From Octopus vulgaris (Eukaryota), in NCBI GenBank assembly GCA_951406725.2, contig OX597815.1:11904001-11968000 (forward strand): a DNA stretch of 64,000 nt, written 5' to 3'. The translations under genes and the position numbers were made by a program. Positions 1 to 12,779 of this stretch are shown one piece after another (the stretch's first letter is position 1; each line of letters begins with the position of its first letter). Below the pieces are notes generated by a model. The model had not been told where the DNA came from, did not search any database, and saw only the letters and a list, made by a program, of their open reading frames with translations.

Positions 1-323
1 AAAACACTGCATTATTTATGGGATGACCCAATATATATATAGTGGACTACCTCTCGTTGAATAATTACCACTTCCAAGGTTCTGCTTGGCAGAAAACCTA
101 TTTAAACTTTATTTTACCAGCTCTATTCCGTAAACTTGGATTTTTATTAGCATGCATACCAACGTGAGTCGCTAACCGTGAACTACCTTATTGAAATTCG
201 ATATACGAAAGATTTACAAATTTCTATGTCAAAAGACGGTTGTTCTGGATTATTTCTTTTATATCTTCTACGGATTGTTCGAAATCTTTCCAAATCTCGA
301 TCCTTGGATCTCACATTCACATG

Positions 324-327
<4 letters not shown>

Positions 328-386
<59 letters not shown>

Positions 387-404
387 TATATATGTGTGTG
401 TATT

Positions 405-447
<43 letters not shown>

Positions 448-740
448 ACTTTCACACACACATATATAGAAGCAAACATACCAAAGCACTCTCTATTTCT
501 CTCTCTCTCACACACAGACAGACACACATATGTGTGTGGTGTGTGTTTGTGTGTGTGCGAGTCTGTGTGTACCTATGCATACATGTATATCTGTACACAC
601 ACACACACAAACAAACACACACGCACACTCACACACACATACACGCACATACACACACACACACACATACACACACACACACGCACACACATATATATAT
701 ATATATATATACAAAGAGGGAGAGAAAGGGAGAGAGAGAT
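328..740. repeat. Compound (TA)n/(CA)n/(GA)n microsatellite block
   Basis: Directly visible. Confidence 0.95.
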
Positions 741-1149
741 TACTCGTATGTACGTTTACACTAGCCCATATACACACATCCACACAGAAAAGGCAAAGAG
801 TAAATTCTGTAAAATGGTTGGTGACGTTCACATTTTAAAATATTGATTCCTTGAGGGGTGGACAGTATTCCTTTGATAACATTTTCAATGACACTCTGAC
901 ATGTGAAGTGGAATTACTTGAAAGCAAAATATATTGACGCCTAGTAATTACACATCTCATTTTGCAGCCAACTATTAATGTCGACATTTACATCAGCAAC
1001 AGTGTTATTAATAGTGGCCGCCTTTCGAAAATCCACGGATGGTAAATATTCTGCAGTATAGTTAAGTCCTTGCGGTAATATATATTTCATATTATTATTT
1101 GAATAAAAAATATTTTATGAGTGATACACTCATGCATATATACGTACAT

Positions 1150-1675
1150 GACCTCACAGTAATGTTTACCAATGAAACATGATATTCTAGGTAGGACACA
1201 TTGAGATGCATCGGTAGGATAACCCCGAGGCCAAAGAAATAAGAATCTACCGTATGGTAGAAGCCATAGACACAGCCACTCATCATATAAAAGGTATACT
1301 AATGCAATATCCCAGAGGAAACCTCAATAAAATGTAAACATACTAGACCTGACATAGTAAATTGGGATAAATTAGAGAAACTTCATGAAGTTGTGGAAAT
1401 CAGCTGCCCAGAGTATTTTAACATAAAGCTTAAGACCAGCGAAAAAGAAAATACCTGCGGTGATCTATTGAGGAATCTACAGCTACTCTATCCAGATTAG
1501 AAGTTTAGAATTATACCTGTAATTGTTGGGACCCTGTAACATACTGCCTGAATACCAATCTTTAGAAATTAGGCTTCTCAAAAGCAGAAAGGGTAAAGTT
1601 GATTCCTAGGCTACAGATCTAAGCCATCACTTGAGCTGCGAAAATCTGTAAGACTTTCCGGAAGTTTATCACTTT
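1150..1675 (+). mobile_element. Decayed 3' fragment of an RLE-type (R4/Dong/NeSL-like) non-LTR retrotransposon
   Basis: Translation from about 1330 gives KCKHTRPDIVNWDKLEKLHEVVEISCP...EKE...LLRNL...IIPVIVGTL, the PD-(D/E)xK restriction-like endonuclease signature, with stops and frameshifts. Confidence 0.75.
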
Positions 1676-1751
1676 TGTATATATGCGCATGTCAAGAGAT
1701 GCAACTATATGCACGAGAATACATGCATAAAACAAAACGTACACATTTGCT

Positions 1752-1903
1752 CACATACCTACTTACCTACCTATCTACATACATACATACATACATACAT
1801 ACATACATACATACATACATACGTACATACATACATATATACATACATACATACATACATACGTACATACATACATATATACATACCTACATACATACAT
1901 ACA

Positions 1904-1937
<34 letters not shown>

Positions 1938-2101
1938 CATACATACATACATGCATACATACATACATACATACATACATACATACCTACATACATACAT
2001 ACATACATACATACATACATACATACATACATACATACATACATACCTACATACATACATACATACATACATACATACATACATGCATACATACATACAT
2101 A
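1752..2101. repeat. (TACA)n microsatellite, about 350 bp
   Basis: Directly visible. Confidence 0.97.
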
Positions 2102-2332
2102 TAGGCATACGCGCACGCGCATACACACACAGACACACACAGACACACAAGCATATATACTCTCGTATATTGTAAAGGAATGCGGACACGGAATGCATGC
2201 TGCTACCTTATTAGGGTTCGGACATGGACCCAGGTTTGGCTAGCGACATCGAATGATGGAAAATAGAATTGTGAAAGATAAATCAATAGACAATACTTCA
2301 TTCCTTGGATTTCTTATGCCATACGCTGTATA

Positions 2333-2567
2333 TACTCTTTTACTCTTTACTCTTTTACTCTTTTACTTGTTTCAGTCATTTGACTTGCGGCCATGCTGGA
2401 GCACTGCCTTTAGTCGAGCAAATCGACCCCGGGACTTATTCTTTTGTAAGCCCAGTACTTATTCTATCGGTCACTTTTGCCGAACCGCTAAGTGACGGGG
2501 ACGTAAACACACCAGCATCGGTTGTCAAGCAATGCTAGGGGTGACAAACACAGACACACAAACACAT

Positions 2568-2598
<31 letters not shown>

Positions 2599-2763
2599 CA
2601 TATATACGACAGCCTTCTTTCAGTTTCCGTCTACCAAATCCACTCACAAGGCATTGGTCGGCCCGGGGCTATAGCAGAAGACACTTGCCCAAGATGCCAC
2701 GCAGTGGGACTGAACCCGGAACCATGTGGTTGGTTAGCAAGCTACTTACCACACAGCCACTCC
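2333..2763 (-). mobile_element. tRNA-derived CORE-type SINE, family A, near full length
   Basis: Minus strand shows an A box (TGGCTGTGTGG), B box (GGTTCAGTCC), a CORE-like CTTGGGCAAGT, an internal (TA)/(TG) microsatellite and a (GAGTAAAA)n tail. Near-identical to 37647 and 58768. Confidence 0.92.
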
Positions 2764-3239
2764 ACATATAAACAAAACATGATAAAGAAGAATGAGAATT
2801 ACACATCATCAAAGCTCGTTCATTACGGAATTATTGTTATTAAATTTACATTAGATTAGAACTCGATATGTGTTTTCTCTCCATAAGCGTCCTAATCTCC
2901 TTTGATGTAGCATTTATGGGCATTTAGTTGCATTATTTAAAAAAGAATATTTAAAAACTCGAATTGATAAACTAACCCTTTCATATGCCACATGAGATGA
3001 CGAGCCTATCACTTTGATGGGAAAAAAGAAGGACAATGATTTTATGAATAATGATGACAGATTACAATTTTATTTTTTAGTCTTAGAGAATTCCACTATC
3101 TAATCCACAGTTTGGAATACCATCCAGAATGTAAAATTCCACTGCTTCATTTTACATAAGAACCAACATCTGAAAAAATCACACCTTTTAATTAGGAGCT
3201 ACACATAGTTTAAAACAAGTAATATATACCACTTAGACT

Positions 3240-4400
3240 ATAAATCATAGCCATTTCTAAATAGAAATATATTTCGCAAAAATTATAAAACAACTTGTTA
3301 AAATAACCTATTAGGTGTGAACTTGCAGACAAAGATAATAGAAATATTACATTTAGAAGATAGAAAAACTCTACCTCCCTAAAGATAAAAAAATTAACAT
3401 GAAGGCTCATAAGCCTATCATCACTAATAAACCCTTTGTTAGACCTCTATACCCCTCCAAATATGATATAGGCAGAATTAATGCAATTATTATTGACAAT
3501 TCCTAAGCTTACCCACCTAATTTTAATTAATAAAACATTAATATTCGCAATGAGAAGCTCTAGCTTATCTAAAGAAGGGATAGACATACAGGCTGTTAGA
3601 AAAAAAATGAATTTAAATGAATTGTGTGGCGAAAGATGGGTTTGATCAATTTGATATTACCGTGCGCTCCAGCGATTCTGATCAAGTAACGGACGTTTAA
3701 GGAATTTGTATTTTAAATTGTATTAGTAGTGAATATCCGAAAATGGGGTGAGGAAGATTACATTTGGGCATCGCTCTCTTTTCTGTATATAAATCAAGTA
3801 ATATAAATATGGAAAGATCCAGGAATATACTCTTTAAATTATTTAAAGACCTAGGTATGTCTTTTTACATTGAAAAAGAACAGAGCAAAGTGAATTTTCT
3901 AGATGTTAATTAGAATTTGATTTGGATACGAAAACATAAAACTGTATCACAAACATAATGATAACCTTAAATACGTAAGTATAAGCAGAAATCATTATAA
4001 AAATATTACTCGTTCTATCGTTAAAAATATTTCTCTTTGTATATCTAAGCTATCTACAAAATGAAGTGATATTCAGAGATAATGAAAAATACTCTGATCA
4101 TTCCCTAGCTGAAGGTGGATATAAAGATAGAATATTCTATATCCCTAAAAGTGGAAATCAAAGAACATAGAAATGAGATTTATGCTATGGATCAAATAGG
4201 TTTAGCTAATAAAAATTGAACGTTAAATAAAGAAGCTTGACAAAGATAATTTGATTTCCAGGCACCACGTCGAAAATCATAATAGTAAGAATAATTTGCA
4301 TAATGGATAACGAAATAATTCAAAGTAAACCTCATAACCGTAATAATATATCTTCTGAGGAAACACATAAACAGACATAAAAATAGAGCCGTTAACAAAA
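3240..4400 (+). mobile_element. Decayed Penelope-like element (Neptune-type) reverse transcriptase remnant
   Basis: Broken frames read RPLYPSKYDIGRI, QFDITVRSSDSDQVTDV (cf. FDVTMGSYDGAEVC), IFKDLG...KVNFLDV, and YHKHNDNLKYV...NH...ISKLS...LAEGGY (cf. YRKPN...SNHP). Confidence 0.7.
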
Positions 4401-4494
4401 TCCATGATCACCTGCTAAAAGAAAAGCTAGATCTAAACTTATTTTAAGGTACAATGTAGTCTTCGGAACAGAGATAGCAAGAACACGCACACAT

Positions 4495-4932
4495 GTTAGT
4501 TAGTTAGTTAGTTAATTTGGCTCAAAAGCAAATAGCAAGGCCATGTAGGGGGACATGGAGTTAAGTAGAGGGTGGTGTTCATGTAAAGAGTTCAGGCCAC
4601 TTGAGGTCAAGGGAGGCTTTGAACAAAGCGGTCGTCGGCATCTTTACCATCTCGTCTGGCAGCTTGTTCCACGTATCCGCAACCCGGACGGAGAAAGCTC
4701 CTCTCCTTCGATTGAGATGAAATCGTCGCAGGTAGAGCTTTTCGGAATGACCCCGCAGCCGACGCTCTGGAGCAGGAGTGAAGAACAGCTCTTTCAAGAG
4801 GTTACACTTTCCGCTTATGATGCTGTGAGCGAGAATGAGATCACCATGGCGGCGGCGTTTTTCTAGAGAATAAAGGTCGAGCGTCCTCAGCCTTTCTTCA
4901 TAGGACAAATTTTTGAGACCATGAACCATGCG
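4495..4932 (-). mobile_element. 5'-truncated CR1/L2-group LINE 3' end with (AACT)n tail
   Basis: ORF 4579-4929 reads LSYEERLRTLDLYSLEKRRRHGDLI...RLRGHSEKL...FSVRVADTWNKLP...FKASLD, a canonical CR1 C-terminus. A short 3' UTR and a tandem tail at about 4495-4515 follow. Confidence 0.9.
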
Positions 4933-5044
4933 TATGAGTCTGCTTATTATTATATATTACTCGTGCCGTCGTTAAAAATATTTTTCTTCGTATATCTCGG
5001 CTATCTGCTAAATGAAGAGATATTTAAGAATAATTTATATTTAG

Positions 5045-5460
5045 CTTTTAGTTATCTCAGTCACTACGTCGCGGCCGTGCTGCGATACCGCCTTGGAGAA
5101 GTTTTAGTCGAACGAAACAACTCCAGTACTAATTTTTTAAAGCCTGGTTCATATTCTATCGGTGTCTTTTGCCCAACCACTTGGTTCTGGGGACGTAAAT
5201 GCACCAACGCTGTTTTGCAGCGGTGGTGGGTAAAACACTTATACAAAGACACATACACAGACACGTACGCGCGCACAAACAGACACACACAGACACACGC
5301 ACGTGTTTCATTCACTTTCTGTTCACCATTTACAGGACTTTGGTGTGCCCGAGGTTATAGCAGAAGATACTTGTCGAAGGTGCCGCGCAATGGAGATGAA
5401 CCCGGAACCATGTGGTTGGGAAGCAAGATCCTTCATCACACAGCCTCACCCACGCCTATA
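5045..5460 (-). mobile_element. SINE family A, diverged copy
   Basis: Colinear with 2333-2763 (e.g. gaacccggaaccatgtggttgg, ggggacgtaaa, tattctatcggt). Confidence 0.8.
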
Positions 5461-5589
5461 TATGGTGTGTCTGTGTGCATACTCTCTCACACGCACATGC
5501 CACATGCTATCGGATGTTGTCATACACCGCTGACGAAGCAGGCAGGTCGTAGTTCTCAACCAACACCAACCGGTCGTAGGGTGACACTT

Positions 5590-5712
5590 TTACAGCCGAG
5601 TGGACTAAGATAATGTGAATTGTAATGCTGTACTTGAGAACATCACGTATCTCCCGCTCTGGGAACGAAAGTCACCATCTTATTCCAACCATTAGGTTAT
5701 ACGGTGTCACAC
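5590..5712 (-). mobile_element. Highly decayed CORE-SINE fragment (family C/D-like)
   Basis: cagccgagtggact...gtgaa...cttgagaac...gggaacgaa resembles 59565-59690. Confidence 0.45.
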
Positions 5713-5782
5713 ATGCGCATGCGAGCGCTCTTGTATATACTATCACACATGCATATATATATATATATACATATATATATAT

Positions 5783-6046
5783 GATCACGTGACCGACCAG
5801 TCCATCAGATGTAGCTACACATCGCTGGTCACAATGCGTTCGCATTGTTTTAGCCTTGGAATGACGCCACCCCGCTGGCTAAGCGAGCAGGCCAACAGAA
5901 GAAAGAATTGGAGAAAGAGTGGTGAAAGAGTACAGCAGGGATCACTACCCCCTGCCGGAGCCTCGTGGAGCTTTTAGGTCTGGGAATTGAAACCGCGATC
6001 CTACGACCACGAGTCCGCTGCCCTAACCACTGGGCCATTGCGCTTC

Positions 6047-6047
<1 letters not shown>
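5783..6047 (-). mobile_element. tRNA-derived SINE, family C head and body with an alternative tail
   Basis: 5895-6047 matches 41671-41861 (A box TGGCCCAGTGG, B-box-like GGTTTCAATTCC). The 5783-5894 tail differs from that copy. Confidence 0.85.
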
Positions 6048-6084
<37 letters not shown>

Positions 6085-6331
6085 CACAACTTTGGAATGA
6101 TTTCTCTAAGGTCAGTTAAACTTAGGGCTTAGCTGATTAAACACTCAGTGAGATTGTTAACGGAATTCAAAGACTTTTAGATTATGATGCCATCTGATAC
6201 CTTTGATGTGGAAGTCAGTGGGACAGGGAAACAGATATCCACATTAATTAACAATATAATAAATAAATAAAATATATGCATATATACACACACATATGTA
6301 CATACTTACATCTACATGTATATATACAAGC

Positions 6332-6381
<50 letters not shown>

Positions 6382-6384
<3 letters not shown>

Positions 6385-7140
6385 TACAGGACACCACAAA
6401 TAAACGTAGAACACAACGAGAAACGAAAACAAAATCAAACAAGGAAACGGTCTTTTTTTAACAACGAAAAAACAGAGTACAGGACAAACAATACAAGGAA
6501 AACTCCCCTTCATCAGCTGTCCCTGGTTCGGCTCAATGCGTGTTTCGAAGGTAGATATTTTATCCGTTTCATAACAATAAAATATGACGTTGGCATACAT
6601 GTTTTAAAGCAGTTTTTCTGTATGTCTACCTGCTAGGAGGGAGGCCTTCCAATTTCGGCGTTTTGCATGTTATACCTTTAGAATTGATATATATTCTAAT
6701 AACAAAACAACTCAACGATTGCATTCCATCTCGTTTCTAAAAAAGAATACGCTTAAATATCGTGTTCTATAATTCTTATCGTAATGTATTCATTTTAGAC
6801 ACAGTATTAGGTCAATTCCCCTTATCTTTTCACATGAAAGGAGTCGGTACACATCTATGAAAATTGATTTTTCTGGAATTGTGAATACATTGGTGAGTAA
6901 ATGTTTTCAAGCTCTGCCAAAAAAATATAGGTTTAACTCTTTTAGAGAACCAAGAGTTGAAATACGCAAGCAAGTGTTCTATAGAAAACTCTTTGCGTTG
7001 GATACGATAACCCATTTACCATAAATTGATACTATAAGGGCTTCAGGTTGATTAAATGCTAATGAATAAACGTCTGTAAATGAAAACTACCTATAAGACT
7101 TTTGGAGTTATTCCTTCTGTTCTTATCCATCAATCGAATC
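6382..7140 (-). mobile_element. Probable Penelope-like remnant with a terminal repeat carrying GAAAC and CTGATGA boxes, ending at (TA)n
   Basis: Minus strand has cttcGAAACacgc...cagCTGATGAagggg at about 6505-6550. 6382-6550 resembles 8330-8500. The upstream sequence looks like decayed coding sequence, but RT motifs are weak. Confidence 0.4.
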
Positions 7141-7863
7141 AAGGCGTTAGTCTGATGTTAACTCCTTTCTACCAGAATCGAATGCAATATAAATGTCATG
7201 GGTGCCGCTCTTTCCCCTCAATCGAAATCATATAAAAACAATAAACAAAATATTTCTGTTTGTATACGATTGGTCTTACCATTTCAGTAATTGCGCTGAG
7301 GGCAGTTTAATCTACTAAAAGCATTCTGTGAAATTTCTGACATTCTTCCAAAGTGAGAAACGAATAATTATAAATTAGAAATTAAAGAAATATTTATTCG
7401 GAAGTTGTGTCAGTTATATTGATTTAGAAAAAGTGAGAGAGAAAAAAAATGTTTCATAATATTTCTAACCGGCGTATCTTCTCATTAATTACTGTCAGCT
7501 GAATGTTCTTTTTCTTAATTAATGTAATATGACATTCAGGACGAATGAAGAAAATTCATTAATTTCTCAGCTGTTTCAATATTAATTTTTTTATGACGTC
7601 AACTGCTGAACAAAAAATAAAATAGCGGTGGGCCGAGTCTGCAATATGGATTCAATTATCGCTTAAAGATGTTTTTGTCACTAAAGAGAAGCAAGAATGT
7701 TCGCGTCGCTAAAACATATGCTGCATATGTTACTTCGTTCGTTTCTACCACGCGGTATAAAATTCAGGAGGTCTCTTTGCTATAGCATTTATTTGCTCAC
7801 TTTTTATGAAGTGAATTCATAACAGATATAAACTGTGTTCAAATATGGTAAGTTTATATATAA

Positions 7864-8007
7864 AGGAGTGGCTGAGTGGTAAGTAGCTTGCTAACCAACC
7901 ACATGGTTCCGGGTTCAGTCGGGGCAAGTGTCTTCTGCTATAGCCCCGGGCCGACCAATGCCTTGTGAGTGGATTTGGTAGACGGAAACTGAAAGAAGCC
8001 TGTCGTA

Positions 8008-8106
<99 letters not shown>

Positions 8107-8305
8107 CTCTGTTTGTCCCCCTAGCATTGCTTGACAACCGATGCTGGTGTGTTTAAGTCCCCGTCACATAGCGGTTCGGCAAAAGAAACCGAAAGAATAA
8201 GTACTGGGCTTACAAAGAATAAGTCCCGGGGTCGATTTGCTCGACTAAAGGCGGTGCTCCAGCATGGCCGCAGTCAAATGACTGAAACAAGTAAAAGAAA
8301 AATAA
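7864..8305 (+). mobile_element. SINE family A with a small deletion after the B box and an expanded internal microsatellite
   Basis: Matches 37647-38048 except that ccactgcgtggcacctt is missing at about 7920. Confidence 0.92.
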
Positions 8306-8959
8306 AGAAAAAGAATACACACACATGCGTACATGACGTCACCAACAATGGAAATAACATGAAATACGTAGACACCTGAGGGAAAGCGAGTGAAATACGT
8401 AAAAAACGAGAAAAATGGAAAATAGGACAAGGAAGCACAGAGAAAGGACCCTTCATCCGTTGACGGCTGTCTATCTACTCAATTCGAGCATTCGACGACA
8501 TTGTGAGTCTTCAAAGACAGTTACTCCCACGCTCCCATAAATTCCATCGCAGGTGACTAGACTCAATATAAAGCCAAAAATGAAGAAAAGCTTGTCATTA
8601 ATATTATATATATTAGTGACAAGCTTTTCCTTTTTGGTTTATATTGCGTGCAGCTACCTTCGATATATCGATATATATATATATATATACAAAATAAGAA
8701 AATGGAGAAATACATCTTAATCAATAATCAACTACCAGATAATACCCAATCGATCGATCGATCGATCGAGAGAGAGAGAGAGAGAGAGATTGATTGATAG
8801 ATAGATGGATAGAAAGATATATAAATAAATATATGTGTGCGCGTGTGTATAAATATATATCTGAATGCTGAATAACAAATAGAATACCGGTGGGCCGCGT
8901 TTGCAAAATGAATTCAATTATCGCTAATTATGTATGGTGCAGTGTTGTGAGATCTAATT

Positions 8960-9220
8960 GTATCCGATGGTGAGGCTCCAGTTCGGGTGTGTGGGGGTTC
9001 TGTGGAGTATAGCGTCACATGTTATTTGCCATTACTCCCAGGTCAGTTTTGACCTAGAACGGATGAAATTATATGGATCTCATCTATGAGTTAAATAGAT
9101 TTTGGAAGCGTAGGCTGGGCTCCATAGCTGTGTGTGAAGGCGATAAATCTAGGTGATGGCAAACGCCGAAAGTGATATCCCTTCCAACATGACCTAACAG
9201 TGTATGGCTGATGAAATAAC
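8960..9220 (+). repeat. Unclassified GC-richer interspersed repeat, possibly SINE-like or the 5' part of the downstream RTE element
   Basis: Composition shift (gatggtgaggctccagtt...gccattactcccaggtca). It resembles a mollusc repeat I recall but cannot name. Confidence 0.35.
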
Positions 9221-9499
9221 ATAAGGTATGTTCAATAATATCTCGTGGCAGTGTATATTGTGCCTCAGGCGTAGATTCGCGGGAAACAGTGATGGTAGTG
9301 GAGACGATGATTTACACACAGATACGTGCATAAATACATGCATACATGTACGTACACACACAAGAATACTTCGAAAAAAATAACACCGAAAATATTGAAA
9401 ATACCAAAACTCATAAACAGCCAGGATCTAAGGGACGTTAATTATCAAACGTTGTTAGTAGAAGGATTACGGTGGGGACTAATTTTGAAGGTGATTTAG

Positions 9500-12055
9500 A
9501 TAAATTAAACAAAAGGTATACAGCATTAATGCAGATTTCCTGGTTTTACTGAGTATGTGTATAGAGACTCGTCTGATAACAATGATGAGGACATAAATGT
9601 GCTTGAGCAAAGGCGTTCTCTTCACTTAAAAGCTATAAGCAGTAGTAAGGTTGAATCTCATTCCGTTGTATCTTTTTTAAAGAAAAAATCATCGTGTTAT
9701 TGGACAGACGTAAAACTTGAGGTTCGAATGTCTCCAAAGAAACGCAAAAATCCACAAGATTGAAGGAATACAGAGCAGCTGTACAGCTTATGAAGTAAGC
9801 CATTTTTTTTTTATTTTTCGTCGTCGAACCTCATCTATACTGTCAGTAAAATTTACGGATGGAAATTGTGTCAAGACACTGATGGCATAAACAAAATAGT
9901 GAACTTTTACATAATCTATCGAATGTAGAGGACGAAAAAAAAATAGTCTCCCGCCACCAACAGAGCCTATAAAGGACATAATGGTGACGCCTATCTTAGA
10001 AGAAATAAAATATACGATAAATAAGTTAAACGCCAGCAAAGCTCCAGCTCTTGTTACTATAATTGTGGAACAACTACTGCTTGGTGGCAATGTTACGGCA
10101 GTCGATATTCATATTCGTATTTTACATGCAAAAGCGATATATTGTATATAGCTATTCGTGTAGAATCTTTTCAAAGGGCTTAAAATTGAATCTCAGCCAA
10201 GTCAGTTTAAAGAGTGTATCAGATATCTGAATTTAAATAATTACCAGTGGTATATCCCTGAAAAGCATATGCAATAAGCAACAGTGAAATCGACGAAGAA
10301 AATATAGGAGCAAATGTATCCCTTTCTTTAACACATATCCCGAGGGTTGTTGCAAATTTAGTCTCTTTGCTGATTTTCATGGAATAGATATTTAGAAAAT
10401 ATTTTGCTAGATTTCCCTTGGATCGGATTTCAAAATGATTGACAGATATACTTGAAAGGCAACCTGGTTTTAGGGAAGGTCGAGGTACAACATTAAATGT
10501 ATTAACTTTAAAACTCGTCAAGTACAAGATGAGTTTACTAAGCATTCACTACCACCCTTTCAAATTTTCGCACTCCTCACAAAGGCCTTTGATGCGTGAT
10601 CAGGCAAGTTTTGTGGATAATCTTAGAAAGGATGACAACAGGAATTTATCGACACTTTTCGGAAAAGTCATCTTAATATGAAGGCTCGTTTAAATATCTA
10701 CGGAATCCAATCTCAACCGATATGTGTGAAGCAAGTCGATACATTTACTCCTATTGTGTACTCCATCGCTTTCTGTATTTGATATTGCTTATGCTTTTCA
10801 GGGATGTACTATTAGCGATTATTTAAGTCCAAACATCTAAAATACTATTTAAGCTGAATCGGTTGAGACTGAAATTTAAAATCTTTGAAAAGGTTCTGCA
10901 TGCATTGCTATATGCTGACGATCAACCTTGGGCCTCATTCTGAACAAGATGTTCATTTTTTTCTAGTGCTTGTACTGCGTTTGCACTCTGTATGAATCTA
11001 ACAAAGATTAAAGTTATGTTCACTCCATCATCTGGCAAGGCTTAAGTCGACCCTTAATATGGAACTCGGCTGGAAAGTGGTCGATACAGTTTTATGGAAC
11101 TTATTCTATTATATCATCTGATGTTTCTGTGCTAAATTAATCAAAAGATTGAAAAAGCAGTCGCAGTTTTCGGCAAGATTAAAAGGCAATGTGAAAGGAA
11201 TGAGGAGTCACTTTTAATTCTAATTTTTTAAAATCTTTAGTTGTGTTTTAAGCTGTCTTTTGTACTCCTCAGGAACCTGTGTTATACATCACCATCATAT
11301 AGCATCACTTGAAAAACGACACAAAACCTCTATAACTCACATACGAATTAGAAAATAGCAGACAAAAGTCTCAAACATTATCGTGCATGCAAACTCTTAC
11401 ATGCTTGGTATTGAAAAAATCGTTATTTTGAATCATATGCAAGGTTTGGATCATCTTATTTGAAGGGATGATGCAAAGTCTTCTAAACAAATACATTATG
11501 ACGAACTTACACTAAACAAGCGCCCACATCATAAACTCCGGACGAGATGTAAAGATATGATAAAGGCAACTCTCGAGGTTTTGAACATAGGAAATCGAGA
11601 TTGGGAAACACTTTCGTTTGACCGATCAAAAATAATGGGATAAATTCACAGAAGGTCGTGACTCATTTGAACAGAATCTATTTAAGCATAAAAAAATAAG
11701 CTGACTATTCGACTGCAGAACAAAATGTGTAATGATATTGGATTCCCTATAACCACCAGTTCTTATAAAAAATTGTGATGTTAGTCACGAATGCTCAGAG
11801 AGTGGAGCGAGGTGATGCAAAATCAATATTTATATAGGAACATAATCCTTGAAGCTCTGAAAGGAAACTGTGTCTAATTTCTGACACAGACGAAAATGCG
11901 ACTGCAGAAGTAATGGGAGACCCATCACATAATTGCCATATTTCTTGGAAAGTATCCTAATCCGAAGCTGGACTCACGAGCCATTTGCCCAGACATTCTC
12001 GGGCCGAGTTTAAAAACAAATATGTACATGCCCATATTCTCTCGATATCGGCAAT
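9500..12055 (+). mobile_element. Decayed RTE-clade LINE (RT domain and C-terminal zinc knuckle)
   Basis: Ordered motifs: TPILEEIKYTINKLNASKAP (about 9985), ERQPGFREGRGT (about 10455), VKQVDTFTP (about 10725), LLYADD (about 10905), KQILYDEL...DWETLSFDRS (11485-11625), and C..S.AGLTSHL (about 11935-11990). Many stops and frameshifts. Confidence 0.85.
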
Positions 12056-12061
12056 CACCAT

Positions 12062-12250
12062 GATATATCGTTAGCCACTACACACATTTTTTCTCACCTT
12101 GTTTTTTCTGTGTCCCTTTCTGTAGAAGAGCGTAGGCTCGAAACGTAAAATACTTTTTTTCTATTACTGAGCGTTATACTAATACATTTGTTTGTTTTGT
12201 ACACCACCCGTCTTCGTCTTTTGTTTTTTTCGTAAACTCTCTCCCTATAT
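12062..12250 (+). mobile_element. Short hammerhead-bearing element (family H1), core variant
   Basis: tttCTGTAGA-a-GAGC-gtag-GCTC-GAAA-C-GTA-aaa at 12117-12150, then ctgagcgt...aatac. It ends at a microsatellite, and its 3' part matches 18985-19080. Confidence 0.7.
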
Positions 12251-12275
12251 CTGTGTGTGTGTGTGTGTGTGTGTG

Positions 12276-12384
<109 letters not shown>

Positions 12385-12427
12385 CATACATACCTACACA
12401 CACACATATATGCCTATATACATGACA

Positions 12428-12745
12428 GGCAGCCTTAGCTGTGTGGTAAAAGATTTGCTTCTTAACCACATGTTTCCATGTTCAGTCCCTCTACATGTTA
12501 CCTTGGGCAAGTGTCTTTTTATATAACCTTAGGCCGAACAAAGCCTTGCGAGTGGATTTCACAACCGGTGTTAGTGTATGTACGTCCTCGAAACTTAGCG
12601 GGTCGGTAAAAGTGACTTTATAATTAATTGTAGGATTAAAAAGTAAAAGACGTTCTGGGGACGATTCGTTCGACTAAAATTCTTGAAGGTGATGCCTTAA
12701 CATGGATGAAGTTAAATGAGTGAAGCAAATACAAGTCAAGCGATA
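12428..12745 (+). mobile_element. SINE family A, diverged and internally deleted
   Basis: tagctgtgtggtaa...ttcagtccc...ccttgggcaagtgtc...gccttgcgagtggattt, colinear with family A. Confidence 0.8.
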
Positions 12746-12779
12746 AAGATATTATTGTAAACTGCAAATCTATAAATAT

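Noticed and set aside
178-2198. Long ORFs rich in YI, HT, CV and MYVC repeats (also near 12.2k, 44k and 46-47k)
   Set aside because: They are translations of (TA)n, (CA)n and (TACA)n microsatellites, which lack stops in some frames.
4921-5613. 230-aa ORF (also 60145-60573 and 58100-58558)
   Set aside because: Chance read-through of SINE or Helitron sequence with no protein motifs.
7270-7335. Minus-strand AG...GTAAG candidate micro-exon (similar case at about 15730)
   Set aside because: The 7270 candidate has stops in all three frames, and neither candidate resembles carbonic anhydrase.
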